Assembly (NCBI RefSeq): GCF_006345805.1
Contig: NC_042999.1
Span: 126,852,001-126,916,000, forward strand
Direction: 5' to 3'
DNA: 64,000 nt
From: Octopus sinensis
Taxonomy: Eukaryota
The translations under genes and the position numbers were made by a program. A model generated the notes under the pieces. The model saw only the letters and a list, made by a program, of their open reading frames with translations, had not been told where the DNA came from and did no database searches. The number at the start of each line of letters is the position of its first letter. Position 1 is the stretch's first letter. Positions 12,725 to 24,960 of this stretch are shown piece by piece.

Positions 12725-13205
12725 TCCTTTCTACCCATTATAACTCTCACAGCAATCAAGTAATCATAAGGTTTCTTGACAGAGTCTGGTGTCAGTGATG
12801 AGCTCCCTGCCTACCCCAGACAACCACATAATTATTATTGTTGGACCACCAAACATTATGTTGATATAGAGAAAAGAGAAAGGTTGGGGAAGAAGAATGG
12901 GAAGATTGAAGGAAACTGGGAAGCTTTAGGAAAGGATAGGAGGGAGAGGGGAGGTGGAGGTTAAATTCTATTTTCCAGAATCATCCAAAGGTCACCCAAT
13001 CTGTTACAATGTAGAAAAGTATGCAAAGGACGAAAATGCTGATTACACAGAGAATATTAATATCACATTTGGGGAGTTGGTTTAAAGAACATTAAACAAT
13101 TTATTATCAAATTACTTAAAAGATATTTTCTTATATTTCTCTTTCCTTTCTTCCTTTTTTCTTAAAAAAAATTCCTTTGCCTTCTTTTTCTTTCTTATTG
13201 CAGAA

Positions 13206-13818
13206 CAAACCTTTTAATTCCATTATAAGTCTGGGCAACAATATTGTGATTATATATAATGATTATTTTCATCAAATACTTTTCATAAAAATATATCATC
13301 AATGTTGCCATCTTTGTCCTTTTTATATCTACATTTCCCATGCTGGAAATGCTTATTTATTCACATTCTTTTGAATTAATCATTCATTATTTTGTGGCGT
13401 GTGATTATTTATTTTTAGAATGACACTGTAGGGTAAGTGTGGGAGGCTGGATATGACCAGTTTGGACATAAAATGAACAGAATATTTATTCACATTCTTT
13501 GGAATTGATCATTGATTATCTTGTGGCTTGAGATTTTGATGATGTAGTTGTTTATTTTTAGAATGACATTATAGGGTAAGTATGAAAGGCTGGATATGGT
13601 CAGGTTAAACATAAAATGAACAGAATATTTATTCACATTCTTTTGTATTGATCATTCATTATCTTGTGGCTTTGTGACTTCGATGATGTGAATGTTTATT
13701 TTTAGAATGACATTGTAGGGTAAGTATGAAGGGCTGGATATGGCCAGTTTGAACATAAAATGAACAGAATATTTATTCACATCCTTTTGAATTAATCATT
13801 TAAATACCAAAGGGTTAA
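13206..13818. mobile_element. piggyBac-like MITE with internal tandem array
   Basis: Right end AAAGGG|TTAA. Units of ~129-144 bp start ATTTATTCACATTC at 13355, 13484, 13627 and 13771. The body matches the MITEs at 21018 and 52792. Left end uncertain. Confidence 0.7.
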
Positions 13819-14250
13819 ATCTGATCATTTTTTTTCCAGTCCACAGAGAAATAGTTAAGTTTGCCCTGTTTATATATCTACTGCATAGGTAGCATATATT
13901 AAATCATACCTTGATACTGTGTGGACTGAGATCCCCATTGACGGGCTGCTGGTGTTAAATAAAGTGTTAACCACTAATGGTATATGCAAATTAGTAGCTG
14001 CAGTTCTCTGTTGCTAATGTATTTGTTGAATATATAAACAGATTGGTTGATTTTTTTTCTGGGATTGATCAAATTGATGTACACACCGCTGATGAGAACC
14101 TAATGAAATTTGAAAGTCAATTAAGGCTGTTCATTTTTTTTTTTCAGTCTACAGAGAAATAGCTCAAAATTGCCCTATTTATGTATCTACTGCATTAGTT
14201 ACTTAACATTCCAAATTATAGCCAAATAATCATTCCTTTAGGTGTGGTCA
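13817..14250 (+). repeat. Partial direct repeat enclosing a decayed hammerhead-like motif (Penelope-like remnant?)
   Basis: TCATTTTTTT..CAGTC(C/T)ACAGAGAAATAG..ATCTACTGCAT occurs at ~13825 and ~14130, with CTGATGA..GAAA at 14089-14115 between them. Confidence 0.45.
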
Positions 14251-14274
14251 AAGTAAAAAATCCTTAACTTGCCC

Positions 14275-14480
14275 ATCAAACTGTGACATCCAAGCTGCAC
14301 ACCAATTGACTAAAATATCTTGTTGAAAAAAGTGGGATGAATGCTAACCAAATTGGCACATTCACCAAACCATGGCATCTAAGCCACATACTGATTGGTC
14401 AAAATACAATTAGGACTTAGTTGGTGTGCTCACCAAACTGTGACATCTAAGCCACATACTGATTAGTCAAAATACAGTTC
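14275..14480. repeat. Short tandem repeat (three ~68-90 bp units)
   Basis: CAAAC(T/C)(G/A)TG(A/G)CATC(C/T)AAGC..AC..ATT(G/A)..AAAATA repeated three times. Confidence 0.6.
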
Positions 14481-15164
14481 ATAAGATTCAGCCTGCTGGA
14501 GCCCATCAGAAGGTATTTAAAGGACAAATTTAACCATTTCACTGCAGGTGTCAATTGTGGAACACAACTGTCACTACATAAGCCTCGAAAGTACAAGTTT
14601 ATTTCAATATTGTAAAATTGTAAAAATTGTAAATAATGAAATGTGAAAATCAATCTAAGTTGGAATTTCATTGATTAATATATTTAAATATATACACACA
14701 TATGAATACACACATATGATCAATTCCCCTTCCTGAGGTACTCCTACATCTTTTATCTTACCCCTCTCCTTACTGGTATTCCCCTTCAACCACATCTCCA
14801 CCCTTGTTCATCACTCACTATATTCACCTCTTTAGCCATCTGTTACTCCCCCTTATCCTTTTATGAAAATATCTACTCTCATTTCCTCCCATGACCCACC
14901 GTATGTATCTTCTCTTATGCTCACCTTCTTGTACCTTGAGCATTTGCTTTAACACTCTATCACTACTTTCCTTTATTTCTTTCAGCCATGTATCTGCTCT
15001 ACAACAAGACACCTGTGCTTGGCCCTCTATCTTACTTTAGCCATTTAACATTTGGCATAAAGTCAGCCACCTCTACCTTCCTTCTCAAGTACTCTCCACT
15101 TTGTGATGAGAGTTTTTACTTTTTCCCTGTCCTCTTATTATCTTGTAAGTTTACACAGCAATCT

Positions 15165-15345
15165 CACAGATGTTGGTGGCACTAAAAAAGCACCAAATAC
15201 ACTCTGTAAAGTGGCTGGCATTAGGAATGGTATCAAAGCTGTCATTGGAGCTTGACACAGCCTTGCAGCTTGCTAGATCCTGTTAAACTTTCTAACTCAT
15301 GCCAGCATGGAAAACAGATGTTAAATAATGATGATGAGGATGAGG
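15165..15345 (+). mobile_element. RTE 3' end
   Basis: GGTGGCACTAAAAAAGCACC..GGCATTAGGAA..CATGCCAGCATGGAAAACAGATGTTAAATAATGATG. Confidence 0.75.
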
Positions 15346-15733
15346 AGGATATATATATATGGTGGGTTACTCTAGCACTACACATAACATGTAGCCTGGT
15401 ACAATCTATTGTATGGTAGAGTTGTCAGCAACTAAACTGCCAATCCCACCAAGCTTGCTTGGTGAGGAGGGTGACTTTTGGTCATGCTGTGTGACGAAAG
15501 ACAACACCTGTCAAAGGGCAGAGGAACTCAGGAAAGTCAATGACCTTCCAATATAGTCAAAGGTAAATGGTCTTCACTAGTAGTGAAGACAATCCATCTA
15601 AGAGATGGACTTGCAACTAGCTGACATTATTTTTGCACTGAAAAATTATGACATGAAGATGTTATATATTCATCTATGGACAACTGATAATAATGCAATA
15701 ATAAAAAATTACATACACACACATACATATAAT

Positions 15734-15734
<1 letters not shown>

Positions 15735-15798
<64 letters not shown>
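15735..15798. repeat. (TCTA)n microsatellite
   Basis: Seen directly. Confidence 0.95.
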
Positions 15799-15799
<1 letters not shown>

Positions 15800-15807
15800 C
15801 TCCCTTA

Positions 15808-17009
15808 AGTATTTCCCATAGGTAATGGCTAGAACTAGAAATATCATTGGTTGGGAATCCAACAGGGGGCGACACTAGACAGATATGGGGTTTTTACACC
15901 TTTTTAGTGTGGTGTTGTCATAACTCTAGTAGTAGGTTTCTTTTACCACAAACCATAGTGTGTAGTTGCGACTGTTACTAAATGTTAACACGATTACAGG
16001 GCTTGGAATAATGAAAGAGCCATTCTTACACTTCACAAAAAATTGAATGTAATCAAGAACAGATACGCGTTCACCAACAATATGCTTCGTGTGAAGCTGT
16101 GCACAAATGGGAAAGTTACATACAGTTTAGCCTTGTCATGCTCTGTGTTGAAGGGAATGTAATAGAAAATGTATGAAAGAATTTTGTACCACAATTGGTT
16201 TGCTAGTAGCATAAGAGTAATTCATATGCATGTTGTGTAGTATAAAAAGGCTTGCCATGCATGGTTGCTGCTGGAAGTCATTTCTTTGGCTTAGGCCACG
16301 TAGACAAACTTAGCTTCTCTCCACAATGACAATGTGTCCAGGTCAGAGTTTGGTGAAGAAGAGGACGGAACAAATTTCTTGTTTAATAGATAGCTTCAAA
16401 GACTGCTGACTCCCCCTGGTAACTGAAAAGCTTCCAGAGCCTTCCATGACTCAGCGGTGTTACTGAAAGGGACATAAATCTGCTATTCAGGGAAATTTTC
16501 AAGAATATTCACCAAGGGAGGTCATTGTGGTTGGATCCCCAACTTCCAGCAAACAATAAATAATATAATGACAGAATCTATTTCAATCTATGTCACACCT
16601 ACACCTTTTTACCATAAGAGAGAAATTTTGCCCCATGGTAACTGCAGTGAATTTGCCTTTTAGCAGTTGAAATATGTGACAAACATATTTCAACTAACCT
16701 AAAGTTTACTTATGCCTAAACGCTGCTTGGCATCAGTGGTCTACTGGTGCAAATCAATATTGTTGACTGCATTTTAGTTAAAGCCATGGCTTTCATAAAG
16801 TCTGTCCAGAGTTGCCTCTCTTAGGTATTTCCCATTGATAATGGCTAAAGAGCTAGAAACATTGATGTATGGGAATCTGACAGTGGACAACACTGGACAG
16901 ACATGGTGTTTTTACATCTAAATACCATAAGAAAGAATTTTCCCCCATAGTAACTGCAGTGAATTTGTCTTTTAGCAGTTGAAACATGTCACAAACATAT
17001 TTCAACTAT

Positions 17010-17012
<3 letters not shown>
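15808..17012. repeat. Tandemly duplicated ~320 bp unit, first copy split by an insertion
   Basis: GTATTTCCCAT..TAATGGCTA..TTTTTACA at 15808 and ~16824. TACCATAAGA..GTAACTGCAGTGAATTTG..ACAAACATATTTCAACTA at ~16610 and ~16923. Confidence 0.7.
15907..16599 (+). mobile_element. ~690 bp insertion with solo-LTR-like hallmarks
   Basis: Bracketed by the 12-bp direct repeat TACACCTTTTTA. Near-terminal TGTG...CACA, TATAAAAAGG at 16241, AATAAA at ~16555. Confidence 0.45.
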
Positions 17013-17053
<41 letters not shown>

Positions 17054-17089
17054 AGAGACTAAAGTGTATGTATGCCGCTATATATGTAT

Positions 17090-17642
17090 ATATAAAAATA
17101 CAAAATGGAACAAGAATGCAAAACATCCAGACAGTTAGGTGATACAAAAAGGGACAACAAAACATCCAGATAGACGATACGAAGAAAACAAGGACAGATC
17201 ATTCAGAGTTTTCTTTCCTCAGTCGAGTTCCAGATTATCTTTGCAATTTCAGCTGGTTATACTCGAGATTGCTCCAATCTGGCCAGTCCCAAGGAAAAAC
17301 TAAGCTAAGAGCATTATATTCCTTGGAAGAAAGCAGTGAATGTATACTAAAACAAGGGCAGAAAAAAAACGAGTCCTTGCTTTTGTATACATTCACTGCT
17401 TTCTTCCAAGGAATCTAATGCTCTTAGCTTAGTTTTTCCTTGGGACTGGCCAGATTGGAGCAATCTCGAGTATAACCAGCTGAAATTGCAAAGATAATCT
17501 GGAACTCAACTGAAGAAAGGAAACTCTGAATGACCCGTCCTTGTTTTCTTTGTATCGTCTATCTGGATGTTTTGTTGTCCCTTTTTTGTATCACCTAGCT
17601 GTCAGGATGCTTTCTGTTCTTGTCCCATTTTGTATTTTATAA
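17090..17642. mobile_element. ~550 bp foldback (palindromic) element, Penelope-like
   Basis: Arm 17090-17359 is the near-perfect reverse complement of 17373-17642, with a 13-nt loop. Bounded by (TA)n. Confidence 0.8.
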
Positions 17643-17817
17643 ATATATCTATATCTATATATATATATATTACAGATGTGTTGTAATTTATAGCCAAAGA
17701 GTGCTGAACAATCAAGAGAACCAAAATAAGAAAACTTTTGAAATAAAGTTCAAGGAAGCCAAAATCTATGTGTACTGAAGAGTGAATTGTTATATTTTAC
17801 ATAATTATTGTTATCTA

Positions 17818-18110
17818 ATGAAGGTACATGGACTAGTGGTTAGAGTGTTGCACTCCCAATCAAGAGATCATAGTTTCCAATTCTTGGACCAAGCAGTGTA
17901 TTATGTTTTTGAGTAAAACACTTCATTTACATTGCTTCTGTTCACTCAGCTGTCAATGACTTCTAGCAATGACTAAGAAATTAACCCTTGGAAGGACCAC
18001 TGTCCTATTGAGGAGTGGGGAGTATTGTATTCTCAGGCACTTATATGCCATGGAAACTGGGCTAGATTCTGGCTTTATGATTCTTAGTTCTCTTACCAGG
18101 TCTAGGTTTA
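17818..18110 (+). mobile_element. tRNA-derived SINE family C (decayed)
   Basis: TGAAGGTACATGGACTAGTGGTTAGAGTG..GAGTAAAACACTTCATTT..TTCACTCAGCTG, matching 514-814. Confidence 0.65.
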
Positions 18111-18147
18111 TTGTTATTTATAGTCATATGAACACATCAATATATTC

Positions 18148-18179
<32 letters not shown>

Positions 18180-18312
18180 GCCAGTGTTTATGTTCCAGTA
18201 GATCCTTTTTGTTTTAGTCATCTTTATATTTCAACTAACAGCTAAGCCCGGTTTTACCTGATCTGTTTGGATGATGTGGCTGTGATCGTTTTTGGTTTGG
18301 CATAATCTATAA

Positions 18313-18690
18313 CAGCGTTTCTCAACCTTATCATTTCGGGTCCCCTGTTTCAATTGGAGCCTCCAGCTGTATGAAAATTTCCTGACCCCGCCCCACTGTC
18401 AGAAAACAGCTTTAGGAGTTGTGAAGAACGAATTTGTACGTAGTCTGTTTCTGAGAGCTATTCTATTGGACCTCTGTGTAATCATTAAAACATTGATTTA
18501 ATTATGAATATACAAAGAAATTATACATTAATTCCTAATTTTGTAAGCAGTTGCATCTGTAAAAATTTTATTTGCAGAGAGCAGAAATTGAAAGATATAT
18601 GAAATGGACATTTGAGTGTATTTTTTACGATAGTTGATTTATGGAAAAGATTATGTTAAATTTTTGAAATGCAAATATGTGAATGAAAAT
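18313..18690 (+). mobile_element. hAT (Charlie-like) non-autonomous element fragment
   Basis: Starts CAGCGTTTCTCAAC after ATCTATAA, a Charlie-type terminus and target. Right TIR not found. Confidence 0.5.
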
Positions 18691-20117
18691 TAAGTTCTGA
18701 CTTCTACATGGTAGCCAGACCTGGTAGAAATAACAGCCAAATCTCCCTCAAAACACCCTACTGTCTTAATCTGACAATTCTTCCTATTATGTAGTTTGAA
18801 TGAGAAACTGTAACTAAAGATTAAGATTATTAACCCCACAAAGAGGTGAAAGAAGAGTGACAGCATAGCAAAAGTTTTGGCCAACTGTCATCCTGTACTC
18901 CTCTTGCTGCTAGCGAAATGGTATATGTCAGCTGTGTGAGCAACTGGTTGTTTTAATGGCAGAAGAAAGAGGGGAATTCCATTAGAAAATGTTTTAATCG
19001 ATTTTTCAGTAACTATAGGGGCTAGGAAAAAAATACAAACTGCATTCCAATCTATGCACCCGTCTCCATAATTGTGCTATTTTTCAGGTGAATTCACCAG
19101 CCGTTTGGCTGTGAACCTCAAGACAAGAAAGAGTACAACGATTGCCCATGCCCAATTTATACTATAGAATATATTATCACTCTAAGCATGAATTTATTTT
19201 CATATTTATTGAGCTCTCTACTAAAAGGCTTTATGGAAACAAAATATCTCCATTATGCAAGTAAAATATCTACTTCTGCCATTAATCTACACATACATAT
19301 GCACACACATACAGACCATACACACACACTCTCTCTTACATGTGCACATGCACATATGCAGACATGCACATATGCACACATGCACATATGCACACATACA
19401 TACACACATACATACAAACACACATGTAATACCTATGCATACCAACTAACCTTCTCTGAGAGAATATTTTATTGTGTGGGCCAAGCTATTGAACAGTTTA
19501 GGCTTTTTGGCATATTAACTATGATGGATATTTAAAAAGTAGTAGTAGAAATAGTAGTAGTGGTGATGGTGGTGGCAATGGCAGTGGTGTGGTGGTGGTG
19601 GTGGAGGTAGTGGTGGTACTGTTATCAAAAAGAATATAAAGTAGTTCAACATATTTCCCCACCTCTCTCACTCACTCTCTCTCACTTCTTTCCTGGGGAA
19701 AATATAGAATCTTTGATTAATATTTTCAATAGATTTTCAAAAATGCACACTTTCAGCTGCAATGTTGATAAATGATACATCAATAAGAATAATATTATCC
19801 ATAATTCATTGTAGGAACACCACAGAAGACTGTCATCTTAATGTTTTATGTGAGGACATACTAAACTGAGTCCTTTCCACACATTACTTTCTTAAAGCCC
19901 AGAGGAATATTTCAAGCAAATGAAACAATCATTAATTATACAGTATTTCCCATGGTACTATTTACATCTAAGTGAAGTGGTCCATAGGGAATTAATTGTT
20001 TTTACATCTACAATATAGCCTGTGATAGTATACACTCTAATAACCCTTTGGTTGGGAGGCCCACTATCCTAACAACTTTGAAAGCTGCAATTCTAAGCAC
20101 ATCAAACAAAAAGTAAA

Positions 20118-20590
20118 TATAGTGTATTGATTGGTGACAAAAAAGTGTATTGATTGGTTACATAAAGTGTATTGATCAGCAACATATTTTGAGTAGCTAT
20201 ATAGTTATAATATATTGAGTGTTGATATGAATATATAGTTACATAAACATGATGTATTGATGGTGACATAAATATGTGTAAGGATGGTGACATTAGTATG
20301 GTGTAATGATGGTGATATAATTAACGTGTATTGACTGTAACTTAAATATGGTGTATTGACGGTGACATAAATTTGGTGCATTCATAGTGAAATAGTGACA
20401 AAGCAATGATATTATTGATGATAACATAAATAAAACATGATGAAGGATATATATATATATATATATATATAGTGCATTAATTGTGATATAAATATAGTGT
20501 GCTGATGGTGATATAATTAAAGTGTATTGTTAGTTAATATAAATATGGTGTATTGATGGTGACATAAATATAGTGTATTGTGTATTGATA
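20118..20590. repeat. Degenerate ~24-bp minisatellite
   Basis: Recurrent ATAT(A/G)GTGTATTGATGGTGACATAA units. Confidence 0.8.
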
Positions 20591-21017
20591 TAAATAAAAG
20601 AAGTCTATCCTGATAGGATCTGAAATTAGAAGAATGTAGAGGGATGTGACTAAATGTAGCATTTTAAGGTGGTTTTTCACTACCTGGGTCTCTTTATAAC
20701 CCTTTGATGATTTTATCAAAAAACAATTTTTAATCAGAAGGGCTGAAAAATCACTAATCAAAGATTTGCTGAATTTTAACTTATCTTTTGATTGAGCATT
20801 TGTTGAACTGAGATAGCTGACTGAGAAGAACTAATTAAATGGACCTTTTTAAAAAAAATTAATTAATGTTACATTAACAAGTAAATGGATGCTGAGTTGG
20901 TCTGTCTATTGAAAGGAAATTTCACAAATTATTGGAATAAACCATTAATCCTCCATTCCATATTCTTTTACTGGGTCCAGTCACTGGACTGCAGCCATAC
21001 TGGAATACTATCTTTAA

Positions 21018-21237
21018 CCCTTTAGTATTTAAACAGGCCATATTAGCCCCAAATATTCTACATGTTTTATGTTCAAACTGGCCAAATATGGCCCCCTCAC
21101 ACAACCCTACAATATCATTCTAAAAATTAATAGTTACTTCACCAAAATCTCATAGCAACAAAATAATGCAAGATTAATTTAAAACAATGTGAATAAATAA
21201 TCATTACATTTGCCAGAGTAATCTGAGTGCTAAAAGG
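21018..21237. mobile_element. piggyBac-like MITE
   Basis: TTAA|CCCTTTAGTATT ... AGTGCTAAAAGG|TTAA. Confidence 0.8.
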
Positions 21238-21714
21238 TTAAGAGTTTTGATTGATCATATCAACCCTGGTCAATATTTCAGTCTGGTACTTATTTTATTA
21301 ATCTGTTTAACCGATTGATTAAATCTTTGCATTGTCAATTTCTTGACATTAAGGGGCCAACAAGACAAGTTGGTATACAATAGGAAACATGAACACAGGC
21401 TTAGAAAGAAATATAATGACATCCATCAACACAGTTTTCATCTGTCATGTCCCATTCACAAGGCATTGGTCAACCTGAAGATGTAGAAGAAACTTGCCCA
21501 TGGTGCTGCATAGTGAAATGAAACCCAAAATAACATGGCTGGGAAATGGACTTATTAACCACACATTTATTTAAGCACAAAACATGGTGGTTACAATTTT
21601 CATTTTGAAAAAAAAATTCTTCTAATTACAATTCCCATAGAGCAATTGCTTCTTGTAGACAAGTGGAATGCAGTTAATCCAGAGGAAATTTAAAAATCTA
21701 AAACTGTGTACAAG

Positions 21715-21866
21715 TGTTGCCGTGTGGAAAGAAGCTTGCTTCCCAATCACATGGTGTTGGGTTCAGTTCCACTGTGTGGCAACTTGGAAAAATGTCTTGT
21801 GAGTTGATTTGGTAGATGGAAAGTGAAATATGTACATATACATAAATACACACACACACACACACA

Positions 21867-21947
<81 letters not shown>

Positions 21948-21960
21948 TATATATATATAT
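21715..21960 (+). mobile_element. SINE family A head plus long (CA)n
   Basis: GCCGTGTGGAAAGAAGCTTGCTTCCCAATCACATGGTGTTGGGTTCAGTTCCACTG..GATTTGGTAGATGGAAA. Confidence 0.7.
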
Positions 21961-22307
21961 ATGCTCTTCAAAACTCTGAAGTTTTGAAGATCAGTGGAAT
22001 AAAAAATGCCTAACTTTGAAAACAGGTAGAGCATGCAACCATAAACTGCTATTTCAATTAAACTCATGTCCAAGCCATGCTAGTATGGTAAACAGTCATT
22101 AAATGAATGAATGAATGAATACACACACACACACACACACATGCACATAGATATGAAAATATAAATATTTATACATGTCTATATCAAATATATATATAAG
22201 TTCATATATGACGTTTAAAAAACTGTTATTGAGTATTTTGCCATGAATTGCAATTCTGTGAAATGATTTAAGGGTTATCTGGTTTAATATACATACATAT
22301 GTATATA

Positions 22308-23028
22308 CAGGGGTTGGGCAAAATAATGGAAACACCTGGCATCATAGCATCATAATTTTGAAATATCTATAAAACCATCAAAAGCTTGTTTATTTCTATG
22401 TTTTTTGATTTGTTATTAGTGTTGCTTAATATGCTTTGCTAAAATTACTGTTTTTTTTTTTTCAGATATCAAAAAAAGGTAATTAAAATTCATTAAAATG
22501 ACAGATCTATTGGACTTTCAAAGAGGTCAAATTGTTGGTGCTCGTATGACAGGCACTAGTGTAACAAAAAACAGCCGAAATGTTTGGTCTATCAAGAATT
22601 ACTGTCTTGAAAGTAATGATAGCCTTTGAGTAAGAGGGGTAAAAAACCTCCTTATCAAAACAAAACTCTAGAAGAAAACTAAAACTTTCAGATAGGGGCT
22701 TGTTGGACTCTTACACGGATTGTTGGAAAGGATTACAAAAGTACAGCTCCCAAAATTACTGCAGAGCTTAATGACTACTTTGTGAACCCAGTTTCCACAA
22801 AAACTGTTTACCGGGAGCTGCACAAAGCTAGATTTCACGGGGGTGGGGGGCTGCAATCAGAAAACCACTACTTCCAAAAAACAAATGTTGCGAAGCATTT
22901 AGAGTTGAGTAAAACCTACAGAATTGGTCCTAAGAGCAGTGGAAGAATGTTATTTTCTCTTTACCTAACTTCCAACCACCAAGTATATGTGTGAAGACAG
23001 CCAAAAGAAGCATTTGATCCAGACTGCC
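22308..23028 (+). mobile_element. Tc1-type transposon, 5' half, decayed
   Basis: TA|CAGGGGTTGGGCAAAATAATGGAAACACC. Manual translation: MTDLLDFQRGQIVGARMTGTSVTK..LSDRG..VSTKTVYRELHKARFHG..AAIRKPLL..EQWKNVIFS. Truncated at (TA)n. Confidence 0.85.
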
Positions 23029-23130
23029 ATATATATATATATATATATGGCAAATGAAAGGCAGAAGATGGAATATATATATGCATGTATATGGAATATA
23101 TATATGGCAAATGAAAGGCAGAAGATGCAA

Positions 23131-23455
23131 TAAGCACCATTCATGTGTGGGTCATTGCCAGTATCACCTGACTGGCTCCCCGTGCCAGTGGCACATGAAA
23201 AGCACCATCCGAACTTGGTCGATACCAGCCCCCCCCCCCCCCAAACTGGCTCCCATGCCAGTGGTACATAAAAAGCACCCACTACACTCTCGGAGTGCTT
23301 GACATTAAGAAGGGCATCCACCTGTAGAAATATTGCCAGATCAGATCGGAACCTGGTGTGGCCTCCTGGCTTGCCAGTCCCCAGTCAAACCGTCCAACTC
23401 ATGCCAGCATGGAAAACGGACGTTAATTGATGATGATGATGATGATGATGATGAT
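23131..23455 (+). mobile_element. RTE 3' end
   Basis: GGCACATGAAAAGCACC sub-repeats, AAGGGCATCCACCTGTAGAAA, ends GGACGTTAATTGATGATGAT. Confidence 0.8.
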
Positions 23456-23809
23456 ATATGGAGATTATACCATCTCCGAACCAAAGAGAGTCAGAAAGAG
23501 AATCTGGTCCAATTCACTATTTAACCTAGAAGTTTCAACTAACACAGGCTTAGAACTTCCTGGTGCTAATTTCCCAAGAACCCATCAGTATTATAATCCC
23601 TCTGTGATTATAATATGTCATCCTGCTCAGATGACATCACTTCTAACATTGCACACTACAGTAGACACAAACATACACCTACACAGCTTCCAGTCCACAT
23701 CCCAGCCAGTACCTGCTGAAATCCTACCAAGTGCCCACTAGTAGGGTCCTGCTTCTCAAAGGCTGTAGTCTATTGAGCCATCCTCAAACCATCTAATGAC
23801 ATTTACCAC

Positions 23810-23960
23810 TTTCTTTCATTTCTCTATCCAAATCTAGTTTCAAGGCTTTTGTTGGCCTAAAGCAAAAAGTGGAAGACACTTTGCCTAAGTTTGCACACAG
23901 TGGGACTGAACCCAAGACCACATGGTTGGGAAGCAAGCTTCTTAATCATATACCCATCCT
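23810..23960 (-). mobile_element. SINE family A head
   Basis: Reverse complement of the head: GAAGACACTTTGCCTAAG..GTGGGACTGAACCCAAGACCACATGGTTGGGAAGCAAGCTTCTTA. Confidence 0.7.
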
Positions 23961-24464
23961 TGCATCTCTAGCCACACCTATGCCTATATGTGACAGAAAT
24001 AAATACTGGGGACAATAGGATCAACTAGAACTCCATCCAGTATGGCTGGGATCCAATAATTAAATCCAGTAAAAGAAAAAAAGCAAAAGAACATGCATTC
24101 TTGCAGAGTTTGGTCAGATCATAATTCTTGATTCAAAATGCATTGCTACGTTTTGTCTGATAAGAGTTAATGATGCCCAATCATAAATGATGTTAATGAT
24201 ATTATTATGCCAATGACACTTCAATTAAAGTTAGTTTCTAATCTATTCATCTGCTCATTTCTGAACACAAGACTCCAAATTGCAAAGTCAGCAAATGTAA
24301 TTTCAGCACTCATTTTATTTTCTTATTTTCTGGGGTTTTTAAAAATTTTTTTTTTTTTACTGGAGTAAATTTACGGTGGCGACATACCATGTCAAGATTT
24401 TTGTATCAGATGTCCTGAAAGTGTTCAAAGAAATGTTCGCTTGCATCTTCTTTTATTTCTTTTT

Positions 24465-24499
24465 TCTACTACCACGACAACAACTGCTACTGTTGCTGT

Positions 24500-24575
<76 letters not shown>

Positions 24576-24602
24576 ACTACTACTGCTACTACTACCACCA
24601 CC

Positions 24603-24641
<39 letters not shown>

Positions 24642-24750
24642 GCTACTACTTTCTGTACATCCTTTATCCACCCCATCACCACCACCACTACTGCCACCGC
24701 CACTGTCGCTGCCACCAACCCTCACCACCACCACCACCACCACCACCACC

Positions 24751-24816
<66 letters not shown>

Positions 24817-24960
24817 ACTACTACTACTACTACTTCCTGCATGTCTGCCCCCAACAGCCACTGCCAACATCACCACCGACAGTATTACATCCACCACCAA
24901 CTTCATAGCCCCATCATCAGCATTAGCACCACTATCAACACAACCACAACTACAAAACCC
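24465..24960. repeat. Compound trinucleotide tract (CTA/CTG/CCA)n
   Basis: Seen directly; explains the poly-L/T/H/Y ORFs. Confidence 0.95.

Noticed and set aside
13355-13800. CRISPR-like array
   Set aside because: Whole units are repeated with no unique spacers; eukaryotic MITE-derived tandem repeat.
15380-15700. Possible RTE 5' UTR/ORF start
   Set aside because: Resemblance is from memory only and no endonuclease motif follows.
15859-15873. CTCF-like motif CCAACAGGGGGCGAC
   Set aside because: A single match inside a repeat and not retained in the second copy of the unit; not supportable without binding data.
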